From: Paraspadella gotoi
Taxonomy: Eukaryota; Animalia; Chaetognatha
Direction of reading: 5' to 3'
Assembly (NCBI GenBank): GCA_051294375.1
Contig: CM119266.1
Location: forward strand, 17,354,087 to 17,418,086
Length of the DNA: 64,000 nt
Both the position numbers and the translations under genes were made by a program. The notes under the pieces are model-generated. The model was not told where the DNA came from and made no database searches. It was given only the letters and a program-made list of their open reading frames with translations. Position 1 is the first letter of the stretch, and the number at the start of each line of letters is the position of its first letter. Shown here one piece after another: positions 25,201 through 40,200 of the stretch.

Positions 25201-28200
25201 TTGGGTCATCCGGACATCAACAGGTCAGGGGGAAAGTGGGGCCAGCCGAGTAGAAAATAGGTTGTACGGAAGGACATCCGGAGGTGACCGGGAGAGTAGA
25301 CTGACAGGTAGACTGCAGGACTGGAAAAGCGACAGTGGAAACGTCTGACCTACTTTAATACAAGAGAACATTCTCTTTCATTTATCAAAATATTTTACTA
25401 GATTTACTCTGTTAGCGTTTTTATTCGGTTTCATTTTACATAGATAATTCGTCAGCTTTCGAAAAATGAAGGTAACTCCCACCAGACTGCATTACACGCA
25501 GTCTCTCTTAATTTTACTTAATATTTTCCAGATTAATCGTCAGTCAGAACTAGTAATGACAGACAAAAATTGTATATGAAATAATCTTTTATGTGACGTT
25601 ACACCGATGATAAAACAATGTAGTTAAAAACAATGTAGCTGCATAGTAGAATAGCAGAAAAAAACAAAAATACAAATCGAGGTTATATACGGAGAACAGA
25701 ATATAAAATATTGAAAAATATTGCAGACAGAAACGAACATTTAAACCGAAAAAAAATCCGAATAATTCTGTACAAATACATGAAAATCCTTCGTCCCAAG
25801 TGGATTTCTAAAGACAAAAAGACAATGCGACAAAAATGACCTTTAATTAAGGACTAGAAATGCTTCTGCCGCTCCGGCTCGGTGATCAATCACTCCACCA
25901 GAATCTTAAGCGCGGCTCCAGTGCTGCTGATCCCGTCGGAGATGAAGGAGCCCAAAATCTCGACTGTTCCTCTTTTCTTGGGGCGAAACCGGACGATCTC
26001 CTCCAAGGTTTCGCCTGGTTCGAGACTCTTGGCCGGACTGGATTTGAATCTGTAGGGAAAGGAGAATTTGCAAAAATAGGGGAAAAAAATAGATTCGTAT
26101 CGATAAAGTTTAAAGGGATATAATGACCATATAGCATACTACTTATAATCTCAGTCAATTAACACCCTATCCCTAAAAGGTGGCATTTATATCCACATGG
26201 ATTCATCATTTGACCTATCCATCTGTTGACATGACATGAGCAATTAACATAATAGAACATAAAAAATGCCTATTACTTTCCTACTTGCCTACTTGCCTAT
26301 TACATGTCCATCACTTGGCAAGTTCATAATTTGATATGATATTATATATGTCCATCACCCGACATATCCGTCAAACAAACCTCTCCATCATCACCCCATC
26401 AATCGTTACTCACTTATCCATCAATCCTCCTTCCAAACGAAAAACGCAATTTTTCAACTTTCGATCCAACGAATTCACGAAAGACATTTTCACGCGATGA
26501 GTCTTCCTCGGCAACTTCTCCTCTTTCTCTTCCTCACTTCGTCCCTCTTCCTCCATCGCTTCCTCCTCATCCTCAGACTCCAGCTCCTCCATCAAAACCT
26601 CCGGCAGATCAACGTCGATGACGAATCGATCGAAGAAGACGTCCGTTGGCGTCGCGTCTTTCGGCGTCACTTTGGCGATCACGTGAAGGAAGGCGTCGTC
26701 TTTGACGAATCTTTTGATTGGTCGAGCCCCGACAGCCAATGAGAGAAGAGAAAGAGGGAATCCGTTTTAATGAATTCGGACAATGGGTTTATGAAAATGG
26801 TACAATCGATGTAAAAATTATTTATTTATTTGAAAAAACGAGCTATCTTGCGACCTGACTTTGGAGAGGCTATGGTGGGTTAAGATCTCCACCCCTCTTA
26901 GAACATAGCAGGACCCGGCAAGCTTTCAGTTCAGACTCTCTCTCAGCCTAGTTTATTAAAGCCCAGGGCACCTGGCCTCCATATCAATGAAGTGGTATTG
27001 AAATCTCTGCATAAATAAACTTAGTTTCTACTGATACTGTATTCAAAGTTAGGTTAACTTTAGGTTTAAAGATTATGTTGGAGTTAGGGGTTAATGATTA
27101 GGTTTTGGGATATGGGTTAAAAATTAAGGAATAAAGTTATGAAATAAGTAAAAGGTTTTTGTTATCAGTTATGGGTTGGGTAATTAGTTAATTAGCTTTA
27201 ATATTAGGAATATTAGGTTTAGAGATTAAGAAACAGATATGGAACGATTTTAAAAAAGAGAGCTGATACTTGTTCCTAATATAAAAAAAACTCATTAAAT
27301 AAAATATTAATACGAAACAAAAAAACATCAACATCAACGACATTAAAAAATGATCTTAAAAACTTCAAGAAGAACAACATTAACAACCACAACATCAATA
27401 ACAAATCAACATCAACTGCAACCACTCCAATAACCGTCCACCGACCTGAGATATTCCTTCGAATCCACGATCAGATTGAAAACTTTCTTCCCACCCGCCG
27501 CCAACTCCACGCCCGTTTGCTGCGTCGACAGAAAGGCGTCGGCGAGGGGTTTGGCCATGTAGTCGAAGGGACGGACGGAGATGTCGAAGTCAAAGACGAC
27601 GTCGGCGCCCGTGGAGAGATGGAGGGTGGCTTCGAGGCTGTCGCCGGCCTTGATTGATTTGCTGGGGTTGACCTGGAGGTAGAAATGAATCTTAACTGAA
27701 TATATGAATCAATAACGGGATCGTTGATTGAATGGAAGGAAACAGGAATGAAGCAATTGCATGAAGTATTGCATGAATATTACAATGAAGTATTGCTTGA
27801 ATATAAAAATAGGAAGATTACATCGTCCATAACAATTACGCAAATACGACCAAAAGGCCTCCGAAACAATAAGAATTCGAGCGAAGTAAAAAATCGAATT
27901 TGAAATCAAATGATCACTGCAAAGTCGATGAGTTCTCTGCAAATCATTATCAAAGAAAATACGAAACTTGTATAACAATGACGAAGAAACAAAAGATTTT
28001 GAAGAAATTTGGCTGAGTTAACTTCATCAACATAATTCTCAAAGTTTTTTTTTCGCTCCATAATAATAAAAATATTTACCCAGAGAGAGATATTGGAAAT
28101 GATAACAATAAAAGAATATCTTAAAAGCCAAAATTTGGTCGAATTGATTTAAGTAAATATTTACTTTCTGATTTGTCATTGTTTTCATTCTTTATTTTTT

Positions 28201-31200
28201 TGTATGGTGTTTCTGATTTTTATAATTTAATAAATTTATTTTTAAATCTTCTAAGTTTTAATATTTTACTCTCCTTAAGTTTACCCTTTTTTCATGTTTC
28301 CCTTAAACGATAAATCCTCCCTTTACATCTAACTTACCCACCTTCCTACTCCATCAGGCAGTCGGCAGCGACGACCGCCTGGACCTGACCCACCTCTACA
28401 AACACCAGAGGGATCAGCGGAGGAGGAGGCTGTGCTCGAGCGAGTCTATCCGCGAGAGAACACCAAATCAAAAAGTTGCTGGAGCACATGGAGGAAGAAA
28501 AGAAGAAGCTCAAATGCTCCTTTAAGGTGAAAAAGATATATCTTTTTGTATGTATGTCCATCCGTCAGTCTATTTGCCTTACTTTGTTTCTCTCCATTAT
28601 TTCTCTTTTCACTTCTCTCTCTCATCTTTCAGGATAAAAACTTAAATCTTATTTGCATATAGAAGTATAGAACATTTTATTGTGAAATATAGGTTACATC
28701 AAGAAAAAATCATAGATAAGAAAAACCTGCAGTCTTTAAAATANNNNNNNNNNNNNNNNNNNNNNNNNTAATCCCTTAGACGAGAATCTCGCTTAAAAAA
28801 AAATTCAACTATTTTTTCTAATAGGGAATTCCGTTCAAATCTGACTAACCCAAATTTTGCAAACGCGTTTTGCCAGAATTCGGTTTAAAAACACTTGTAT
28901 TAAAACCACACGGATTCCCTGAGAGCGTTACATCTGAAGGACTTGTCCTATTCATTTTAGTGGCATTTGATAAAGGATTTAATATCAAACAAAGCCAGGG
29001 GAAATGCAACTATCATCTCCGAGGAATTTTCAAACCTCATTTTTACTATAGAAATGAAAGGGAAAGTTTACCAAACTTAAAATTGCAAACAGGGATTGCT
29101 ATATGTTCCTGTTACATGTACGTCGACTGTCGATTTCGGCGATTCTGATAGCTTTGTGTCTTGAAGAGCTAGTCCATTTTCTTTTTTATTCTTTATGAAT
29201 GATTTGACATAAAATATCAGTTTAAATTGAAATAGTCCGGTTTGAATCGGCGAAATTTTTATTTAAAAAGAAATAATATAAGGAAGGTTTGAGAAAAAAA
29301 CGATTTTTCCTAATATCTTTTGAAAGAATAAAGATTAAAGGGATTGGTAATTAGTACCAAAATGAGAAGCCATAATCATAGGGCACATACAAGATACAAT
29401 TTTAGAATTTACTTATCGAAAACCTCCTTACAGTGTGAGTGTCAAACTAAGTCAAAATTAAATGAATTTAAAACTAATTGACACCCCATAAGAATAAATG
29501 AAAATTTAATCTTTTTATATATGTTTCTGAAAGAAAAAAGCCTAAATTGTACTCCTAGTAAAACTTTTTAAAGTTTTTTTGGATAAAGGAAAATTGTGGA
29601 TTTTTTGTCACTTAAATATTTGCTTGTCTGATTTTACAAGCAGTGCTACAAAATTCTACAAAATATTATTCACCCCATCACAGCCCGTAAGTATTTATCT
29701 TTCTTTCCACCAGCAAAAGTTAAACATTATTTTATGCTTAGGATTAACAGGGTATGTTTACTGAAAATGAGCCGGAAGGACATTCAACTTCTTCGACTTT
29801 ACTGTCATTTTTCAATAATAAAAATAGGTGCGAAATTTTTAATTATTTTAACTGCTCATACAGCTTCACAAGGACATACTTCATAAGATATCCCAAGTGT
29901 TAATGTAATTTATATATATTTTTTTACAGAATCATAAAATAACAGAAAGTTGTGTGATTCCTTCGCTCATTTAAGAAAAAAAATAATAACTACGGGAGAT
30001 TATAAGAGTTTGTAAGAGAAGTCAGAATCGTGCGAAAATCTTAAAGGCAGTGATTTTGATTGTGTATTTTCAACAATGAATATTGAAAACTTAATAACTA
30101 TTATTTCTTTTTTCCACTGATAAATATTGAAACACTCTTTTCTTTAAAAAAACGGTTTGGGCTATAGTTATCTCTCCTCTTATAAACATAAGATCTCACT
30201 GGTCGTGAACTTTCTTGCTTTCATATATACGGTAAGGAACATGATTTCTTTTTACGACAATCATTTCTAATTACGGTATCTGACATAAACTAAAGATTTG
30301 GGGGGCGAACTAAAAACGATTTTTTTCACCGGTAAGGGGAACTTTTTTAAAGATTAAATTGCTCGTCAGATCTATCCGTTTTTTAGATTACTACTCGCTT
30401 AGGCAAACCAATGGCACGGTATATTTTAAATCGTTTCCTTTTTTTATCCACTATTTTTTTCTTCTCTTGAACCTTCTCTCTTCGTCTCTTTCTTTTTCTC
30501 TCTGTTCTTTTCTCTCCCTTCTCATACTTTTCTGTCCTCACGATTTCTTCTGTGTCATCCCTTCTTTCTTCCTTAACCTTATTTTCCCCTTCCTCTCATC
30601 GTCTTTTTTTTCTCTCCCTCTCTGATTCTCTTTCCTAACCCTGTTTTTATCTTTTCTTTTCTCTCAATTGTCCTCGTTTTCCCTCCCTCTCCCCATATAT
30701 TAATTCCTTTCCAATTCTTTTTCCCTCTCCCTTCAATTTTTTTTCACCCTTCTCTCTCTTCTCTCATTCTCTCCTCATTACATCCTCTCACAATGTTAAG
30801 AAAGAAAAATCTAGGTTGGTAGTGTGTATGATTTTAGCGGAAGCTTGGTTGCCAGCCACGATTTTAAAATAAATCGACAGATTTTTGGAAATTTTTCCGC
30901 AAAAACCTGTTTCGATTGAGAGAATATTAATCTGCTGACGTTCCCCTTTCAATAAAATGGAAGCGTTTTTTTTAATTCGTCAACTTTAGTATGTTTCTCA
31001 GCTATTAAAAACTTATTAAAAATAAGTCAAAAACCGAGTTTTAGTTTTCAAATTAAAACAGCAGCCTCACAAATCCCTCACAAATTAAAAGTAGGCTTTA
31101 AAAAATATTTTTTTTCAGCTTTAAAGTGAGTTAACACTAGTTGCTTTCTGAAGAGTCCTAATTTTCTAGTTAGCGGTACTAGAGCTATGCGAAGCATATG

Positions 31201-34200
31201 ATTTTGATATCATTATTAGTATATTGTGGATCATTTGAGTATATGTTTCGTGGTATACAAAGTAGAAAATGTAATAAATGATTTGTGCGTGGATTATGGC
31301 GTATATTGATGAAGAGAGTGTATATTTCATAGCAAACAGATAGCATGATACATCAAGTGAAGCAACTCAGATGGTAAAAGAAGATAAGAAGGACACGAAA
31401 GCCAGAAGTAAAAAATGTTTCTTCAGATGTATCTTGCAGTTCAAACTCAAGACAAAGTCAAAATGGAAAAATATGGACATCCAATTGTGTTTTATTAAAA
31501 GTAGCAAAAATGTCAGTGATTCTTAATTAGAAAAGCAGCAGGGATGATTTTCAACTTAATCCGTTAAGTTGTCTAGCCAATCTTTGTCTTAGAGTTAAAA
31601 TTTATCATTTGTGGAATATTACATAAACAAATTTGAAAAAAGTGGTTTTTTGCCTAAATTCTAGTATAAGAAAACATCACTTGCTCTAAGAAGCGAGAAT
31701 GTTTGTGAAAAAAATGGTGGGATTTTGGTTCATGGGGTTCCTAAGATTCTCTACATGTGAGGTCCGATTAGAAGCGAAACTATTGAATTAACGAAGATTC
31801 CCGTCACCCTCCACATCTAGTCTGGATATTAAAAATATAAGAAAAAATCACTGGCTTCTATTTTCTATAGCGGTGCCTAAATTCCCTACCGCCTGATCTT
31901 TAAGCTACTCCCTAACCCTAAATTTTTTTAATTCCAAAATTAAAAATGTTTTGGAAAATTTATCCCTATTTAAAATCACTACAAGTACTTTAACCCCATC
32001 CATTTTTTAATTCTCATCATCATCTTAAATTTCCTTTTTTTAAATTTAATTACATAACTTTAATCTTTATCCCTTCAACTCCAGCTCTGGTCACGACACC
32101 AACGAGAATCTCGTGCTGGAGTTCTACGTCACCCCAGATGGTTCTGATCGCAATGATGACTCCGCATGGAACTTCACGTTTGGAACGAGGCCTGGTGTAA
32201 AAGAGGGATCTACCAGGCGGGTTGGATGGCTGGCAGGTGAGAGAGAGCGAGTTTGTAGATCCGTCTCCCCCGCCCCACTTTTAACATCTTTTCATCCAAC
32301 TCTCCCAAACTCAACAGGCCTTCGACGCAACCCCGCAAGAATACTCTGACGGCCTTATGCGATGCGGTCCGGCTTCAGTCGCTGACAATCAAAGAAGGAA
32401 AAGTTCAAATTCCCTCATGACGCAAAATTCATTTCGCTGAAGTCAATGGAACCAGGATTTACTACACGTGCACTTGCGAGTACAAGTGGTTAGTTCCATG
32501 ATGTTGAGGCTGGAGATGGTGAGGGATGATGAGGTTGATTTTTATGCTGTGGTTCCTGCTATTGCTGTACACAACACTGATTTATAGGTTGATTGGTCGT
32601 TGTCTCTATCTAATTATATGGTTAAATACCTAGTACACTCGTCTCAGATAAAAGTAGTTTGATTCGGTTGTAACTTGGAGATTAAGAGTATCTAGATACG
32701 TTTGTTGTAATCAAGTTTTACATCAATGCGTTATAATAGCTTATATTATGTAGATAAAAATAAAATAATGCAAAAAGTAAATGAATTAAATAAAACAAAA
32801 TATTATTTAAAATGAAATTCTTGAATCCAAAATTCCACAGGTTCCGCCACAATGGACCCCACAAGGTCATCAAGGTCGACTCCAAATCCATTGGGAAAAA
32901 AATCAGCACCAAGGTAGAAACGCAATTCGTTAAATACTATTGAAAATGATAACAATAAAAGAATATCTTAAAAGCCCAAATTTGGTCGAATTGATTTTAA
33001 GTAAATATTTACTTTTCTGATTTGTCATTGTTTTCATTCTTTATTTTTTTGTATGGTGTTTCTGATTTTTATAATTTAATAAATTTATTTTTAATCTTCT
33101 AAGTTTTAATATTTTACTCTCCTTAAGTTTACCCTTTTTTCATGTTTCCCTTAAACGATAAATCCTCCCTTTACATCTAACTTACCCACCTTCCTTACTC
33201 CATCAGGCAGTCGGCAGCGACGACCGCCTGGACCTGACCCACCTCTACAAACACCCAGAGGGATCAGCGGAGGAGGAGGCTGTGCTCGAGCGAGTCTATC
33301 CGCGAGAGAACCACCACATCAAAAAGTTGCTGGAGCACATGGAGGAAGAAAAGAAGAAGCTCAAATGCTCCTTTAAGGTGAAAAAGATATATCTTTTTGT
33401 ATGTATGTCCATCCGTCAGTCTATTTGCCTTACTTTGTTTCTCTCCATTATTTCTCTTTTCACTTCTCTCTCTCATCTTTCAGGATAAAAACTTAAATCT
33501 TATTTGCATATAGAAGTATAGAACATTTTATTGTGAAATATAGGTTACATCAAGAAAAAAATCATAGATAAGAAAAACCTGCAGCTAAGGGAAACCCAGT
33601 GATCCGAGGGGCGGTAAAAGTGCTGAATCATGTAACGTAGTCCTTCAAACTCCCCCGATCCCAAAAAGTGGTAATTCCTTTTTTTCTCTAGTTCAATGGG
33701 ACAAGTGCGTCAAAAAAATTCCCATGTGTTAAGCTCCCCCCGATTTTTGTTTAAAAATTCGCGTAAGGGGCAAATCTTTTCCAAGTTTTATCTTTTTTTT
33801 TCACGTAAAGATGTATAGAATTTTCTTTTTTGTTTCCAACTTTACACTAAAAGATTAATTCTTGAAAGTCGACAATCGAGTAAACAAATGACTTAGAACA
33901 AAACGAGGACCAAAAAACCGAAGATTGCAAAAAAGTCGTCGACACAAGTACTAACTCCGGCGACAATGACGACAAAACGAAAATAACGAAAAAAGTTCTG
34001 TTAGAAGAGACGAAAAAGACAAAAGCGATTACCCCCAATAAGTGACCGAAAACAACGGCGTAAGACAAAAAAATTTGACAACAAACGACAAACAACGACA
34101 AAGACGTCCCCACGAAAATGATAAGACAAAACAAACAAAACAAAAAACGATGATGAAAGGCAATAACAAACTACACAACAACGACGACGACGAAGACGAC

Positions 34201-37200
34201 AACCAAAAACCATAAACAACAAAGACGATGACAAAAACACAACAAAGACGACGACAACGACGAAGAGACGACAAAAAGCGAGAGGCAAAGACAAAGACGA
34301 AAAACGGAAGGCGAAAACCATGACAAATACGACGAAATTTCTTCTGGAACCTTCTTTATGAACTGAAACGAACTGTCAGCAATCCAAAGAAAAAATAAAG
34401 GAAAAAAGTAAAAAAAAAAGAGAGAAAGAAGGAAAGAGAAAAAAGAAAAAAGAAAGAAAGAAAAGAAAGAGAAGAAAAAAGAAAAGAAAGAAAAAAACAA
34501 CAAAACAAGATATGAAGCAATAAAGCAAAAAAAAGAAACAATTGAAGCAAACAATGCCGGCATCTGCTCACGATTATTAAGGCGTAATTAATTAATTAGT
34601 TAAAAGATTATTTAATAATTGTTTTTAATTCTGTTCGTCAGGTCATTGAGCACGCACAAAAGCTAACGAGCGACGACGTCATAAGCGTGACGACAGATTA
34701 ACATCGACGCATGATTAATTGAATAAATTCATTCTAATCTTTTAATAGATTATTTAATGATGATTGATAATGATTAATTGATTGGCTTAATTGATCTAAT
34801 TAATTATTAAAGGAATTATTAATAATGCTAGACATTTACATAAAAAGCATAATCAAACTAGTGAAACCACGTGTTTTTGTTTTATTTTTCCATTTAAACT
34901 CATTTCCACGAACCGGACGATTCGTGATCGCAACTTGAGATTCCTCTTATTCACACACTTCTTACACACACAAAGAATTTCAAGTCCAACATCGCCCCAT
35001 CCACACGAGTAATTGGCGTTCAAAGCGAAGGGGGACTGGATGAACACGACGGTAACTGAACGGACCATACGTAACATAGAATTTCAATATAATTCGCCAT
35101 GTTCTCTAAGAGATATATAAGTGACTATTTTCAACCATCCCTATAATGTAAGGCGACGACAGACGACAAAGTGAAAAAACGAAGAAAAAAGGAAGGAGAG
35201 AGAGAGAGAAGAGAGAGATAGATAGATAATTGTAACATGGACCTATGTTACCTTGCTGCAAAGAGACCTATAAGACGGGTAACAGTGGGTCCGTTCATTT
35301 AAATTCCTTTAAAAGGTTTAGAAATAAGTCTACCAATCAATAATCTGCTAAAAGGTCGATAACTAATCATAAGTTAGTACTCAATTACAAAAAAACGGAA
35401 AAATTGTCGCCTTATATAACCTACGAGCTAACCGGCAAAAATGATATCATATTTAAAATAAAACACCATGAGAAATTAAAGTAATTAGTCTGGAACATTT
35501 GCATCGTTCTAGAATTCGTGTCCAGGATTGATGGATCTGGATGATTGTGAGGTCTCTTTCCCTTATTTTGGGACAAATCCCCAATAACTTTCTGTTGTGT
35601 TTTGACGATGTGTATGAATAATTCCTGGTTTTCGGCTCTTGTTTTAATGGGTTTCTGAAGCTTATTTCGGCCAATGCGCTCGATACACGCCCGCTTTCTG
35701 TTTGTTGAGAATTTGCAGAAACGTTTTACCAGCTTCTACTGAATCATGGATCATCTTTTGCAATGAACTCCAGCTTCCCTCGAGTCAAGGTATGCTGAGG
35801 GGATTAGTTTAGTGATTAGTGTTTGGGATTAGGGTTAGGGACCAGGGTTTTGATTTAGGGGCTTGGGTTAGATATAAGAGATTATGGTTATAACTTGGAT
35901 GAGGCACTGGGTAATAGATTAAGGTTAGAAATTATGTTAAAATCGAACGTGAAAAAGGTGTCGAGGTTAAATTTTGAATTATGAGAGAATTGATTGTATT
36001 ATGTAAATAAATAAGGTTGCAAGGTTGTGAGGAAATTGTAATGAAGTTTACAATACCAATAATTTAAATATCTTTTCACGTCTCATATTAACTCAATTCA
36101 TCCCACCAATTATGCCCACTTTGCCCACCGATACTCCCACGTAAATCCTTTTTCCCTCCTTCACCTGAAATTCGTTACGCTCCTGCAAGGAATACCCAAG
36201 GCTCGGCAGACGGTGGTGACCACGGCTGAGAAGACCCAACATTGGGCCCACTTGACGGGATGCCCCTCCTTGAGCCAAAGTTCGAGGATCCTGCCAGATC
36301 CGACCCAACTCCAAGGGCGAGGGTGGTTGCCATAGTCACCGCCCCACTTTCCGGCCAAAACGCCTTTTTAAATAATATTTTTAAAAAGGGGGGGGGGAAA
36401 GTGAAATTAAGTCTTCTGAAAAAAAGTATAAATTCAATTATATTGGGATGAATAACTTAAAAATTAATTACTTAAAAATAATTTGTGAAAAACTTAAATT
36501 AAATTAGGTTTAGTGAATAATCTAAATGGAATTCTATTTCGTGAGATTTTTCTACCCTTATTTTCCTCAATGGATTTACCGTCTCTCCCCTTACCTTTCC
36601 TCACCAGACTATCTTCTCCCTCCCATTTCCCTGTCACGCCATGCCATGCCCTGCTCACCATTATCCCGATCCTCTCCGTTGACCATCTGACTGACAAATC
36701 TCAAAACCTCCACCACGTCGGATCTCGTGTCGAAGACATCGAGACGGCCGATGATCTTAAAGGCGGCTTCGTAGCAGGACCTCTCGAACTGGGCGAAGTT
36801 CCAAGGGCGTGCCCAGGGTTTCCACCTTGTTGGGAAAGAATACAGGTGGTAGAGAGACGGATTAGAGAAGGAATAGAGAAGGAATAGAGAGGCTGACACG
36901 GTATAGAGAAGAGAGAGAGAAGGCATCGAGAAAAAATGGAGACCGAATAGAGACGGGATCAATAACTTGGTTGTCAATCAATCTTTAGGAGCCAATCATC
37001 ACCAATCATCACTGCAAATCCCATCGCCGCCTTTTTGGTTTCTCACCGTGTGCCGCAATAGACTTTTCCCGAGTCGTTGAGGACGAAATTCATTCGTTCT
37101 TCTTCGTTGTCCAGGAAGACGTCGTCATCGGACACCAAGGGTTGAAGAAGAAGGAACCACTTGGTGAGTAGTCTTTGAGAAGAGACCAGCCTAAGGAGAT

Positions 37201-40200
37201 CGGGGACGAGAGCGTTGGAAATGATTGAAGGGATGAAAAGTAAAAAAAATTATTATGAAATTGGTACAACCATTATAAAAATTATCCATTCATTCAATAA
37301 AATAAGCTATCTTGCCCATGACTTTGGACAGGCTTTGGTGGTTTAAGGTATTTTTAAGGTTTTTTTGTTATTAAAAAGGTGTTGCCTGATTGGTTTATGT
37401 AATGATAGAAAGGTGCATAAACAGTCGGGAACGAAAAGAGAGAGATTATTGAAAACTAAAACTCGTTTTGACTTATTTATAAGTTTTAATAGCTGAGAAA
37501 ACATACTAAAGTTGACGAATTAAAAAAAAACAGCCTTCTTTATTTGAAAGAGGGAACGTCAGCAGATTAAATTTCTCTCAATCGACAGGTTTTTGCGGAA
37601 AAAATTTCCCAAAAATCTGTCGATTTATTTTAAAATCTGCTGGCAACCAACTTCCGCTAAAATCATACCACTACCAACCTAGATTTTTTCTTACAATTGT
37701 GAGAATGAAAAAAGATGAGAGAAGAGAGAGAAGGGTGAAAAAAAAAATTGAAGGGAGAGGGAAAAAGAATTGGAAAGAATTAATATATGGGGAGAGGGAG
37801 GGAAACGAAGAACAATTGAGAGAAAAGAAAAGATAAGAAACAGGGTTAGGAAAGAGAATCAGAGAGGGAAGAAAAAAAAGAGATGAGAGGAAGGGGAAAA
37901 TAAATGGTTAAAGGAAAAAGAAGGGATGACACAGAAGAAATACGTGAGGACAGAAAAAGTATGAGAAGGGAGAGAATAAGAACAGAGAGAAAAAGAAAAG
38001 AGACAGAGAGAAGGTTCAAGAGAAGAAAAAAAATATGATAAAAAAAGGAAAACAGATTTAAAATATACCGTGCCATTGGTTTGCCTAAGGAGTAGTAATC
38101 TAAAAACGGATAGAATCTGACGAGCAATTTAATCTTTAAAAAAGTTCCCCTTACCGTGAAAAAATCGTTTTTAGTTACCCCCCCCCCCCCCCAAAAATCA
38201 TCTTAGTTTATGTCAGAATACCGTAATTAGAATGATTGTCGTAAAAGAAATCAATGTCTTACCGTATATATGAAAGCAAAGAAATTCACACCATGAGATT
38301 CTTATGTTATAAAGGAGAGAATAACTATAGCCAATAACCGTTTTTTTTAAAGAAAAGAGTGTTTCAATATTTATCAGTGGAAAAAAAGAAATATAAGTTA
38401 TTTAAGTTTCAATATTCATTGTTGAAAATACCGCAATCAAAAATCCACTGCCTTTAAGATTTTCGCACGATTCCTGACTTCCTCTTACAAAACTTATAAT
38501 TCCCGTAAGTTAATTTTTTTTCTTAAATGAGCGAAGGAATCCACAACTTTCTGTTATTTTATGATTCTGGGTAAAAAATAATATAAATTACAATTAACAT
38601 TGGGATATTATGAAAGTATGTCCTTGTGAAGCTGTAGAGTTAAAATAATTAAAAATTCGCCTATTTTATTATTGAAAAAATGAAGTAAAGTGAAGAAGTT
38701 GAATGTCTTCCGGCTCATTTCAGTAAACATACCCTGTTAATCTAAGCATAAAATAATGTTTATACTTTTGCTGGTGGAAAAAAGAAAGATAAATACTTAC
38801 GGGCTGTGATGGGGTGAATAATTATTTGTAGAATTTGTAAAGCATGCCTTGTAAAAATCAGACAAGCAATATTTAAGTGACAAAAAATTCCACAAATTTT
38901 TCCTTTATCCAAAAAAAACTTTAAAAAGTTTTACTAGAGTACAATTAGGCCTTTTTTCTTTCCAAGAATACATTTAAAAAGAAATTAAATTTTCATTTAT
39001 TCCTTTATGGGGTGTCAATTAGTTTTAATTCCAATTATAATTTTTGACTTAAGTTTGACACTCACAGCTGTAAGGAGGTTTCAGATAAGTAAATTCCTAA
39101 AATTGTATCTTGTATGTGCCCTAATGATTAATGGCTTCCATTTTGGTACTATTACCATCCCTTTAAATCTTTATTCTTTCAAAAAGATATTAGGAAAAAT
39201 CAGTTTTTTTCTCAACCTTACCTTTTATTTCTTTTTAAAATAAAAAATTTCGCGGATTCAAAACCGAGACTATTTCAATTTAAACCTGAATCATTTTATG
39301 TCAAAATCATTATAAAAATTGAAAAAAGAAAAATAGGAACAAGCTCTTCAAAGACACAAAGCTATCAGATTCGCCGAAAATTCGAAGTCGCGCTCATGTA
39401 ACAGGAACATATAGCAAAATCCCGTTTGCAATTTTTAAGTTTGTAAACTTTCCCTTTCATTTCTATAGTAAAAAATGAGGGTTTGAAAATTCTCGGAGAT
39501 GAGTAGTTGCATTTCCCTGCTTGTTTGATATTAAATCCTTTACAAATGCCACTAAAATGAATAGGACAAGCCTTCAGAATGTAACGCTCCCGAACCCGTG
39601 TGTTTTAATACAAGTGTTTTTAAACCGAATTCTGGCAAAACGCGTTTGCAAAATTTGGGTAGTCAGATTTGAACGGAATTCCTATTAGAAAAAATAGTTG
39701 AATTTTTTTTTAAGGCGAGATTCTCGTCTAAGGGATTAGTTTAGTGATTAGTGTTTGGGATTAGGGTTTAGGGACCAGGGTTTTGATTTAGGGGCTTGGG
39801 TTAGATTTATTAGAGATTTATGGTTATAACACTTGGATGAGGCACTGGGTAATAGATTAAGGTTAGAAATTATGTTAAAATCGAACGTGGAAAAAGGTGT
39901 CAGAGGTTAAATTTTGAAATTAGAGAGAATTGATTGTAATTATGTAACATAAATAAGGTTGCAAGGTTGTGAGAAATTGTAATGAAGTTTACCAATCACC
40001 AATAATTTAAATATCTTTTTCAAGGTCTCAATATAACTCAATTCATCCACAACCAATTATGCCCACTTTGGCCCACCGATTACACCCAACGTAAAATCCT
40101 TTTATCCCTCCTTCACCTGAAATTCGTTACGCTCCTGCAAGGAATACCTCAAGGCCGTTCAGACGGTGGTGAAACCACGGCTGAGAAGACCCAACATTGG

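Noticed and set aside
33847-34571. Overlapping hydrophobic minus-strand ORFs
   Set aside because: Low-complexity A/C/GAC-rich sequence with no protein motif.
35423-35738. Open minus-strand stretch KLVKRFCKFS...LQKPIKTR, vaguely hAT-transposase-like
   Set aside because: No catalytic motif or termini recognisable; too weak without a search.
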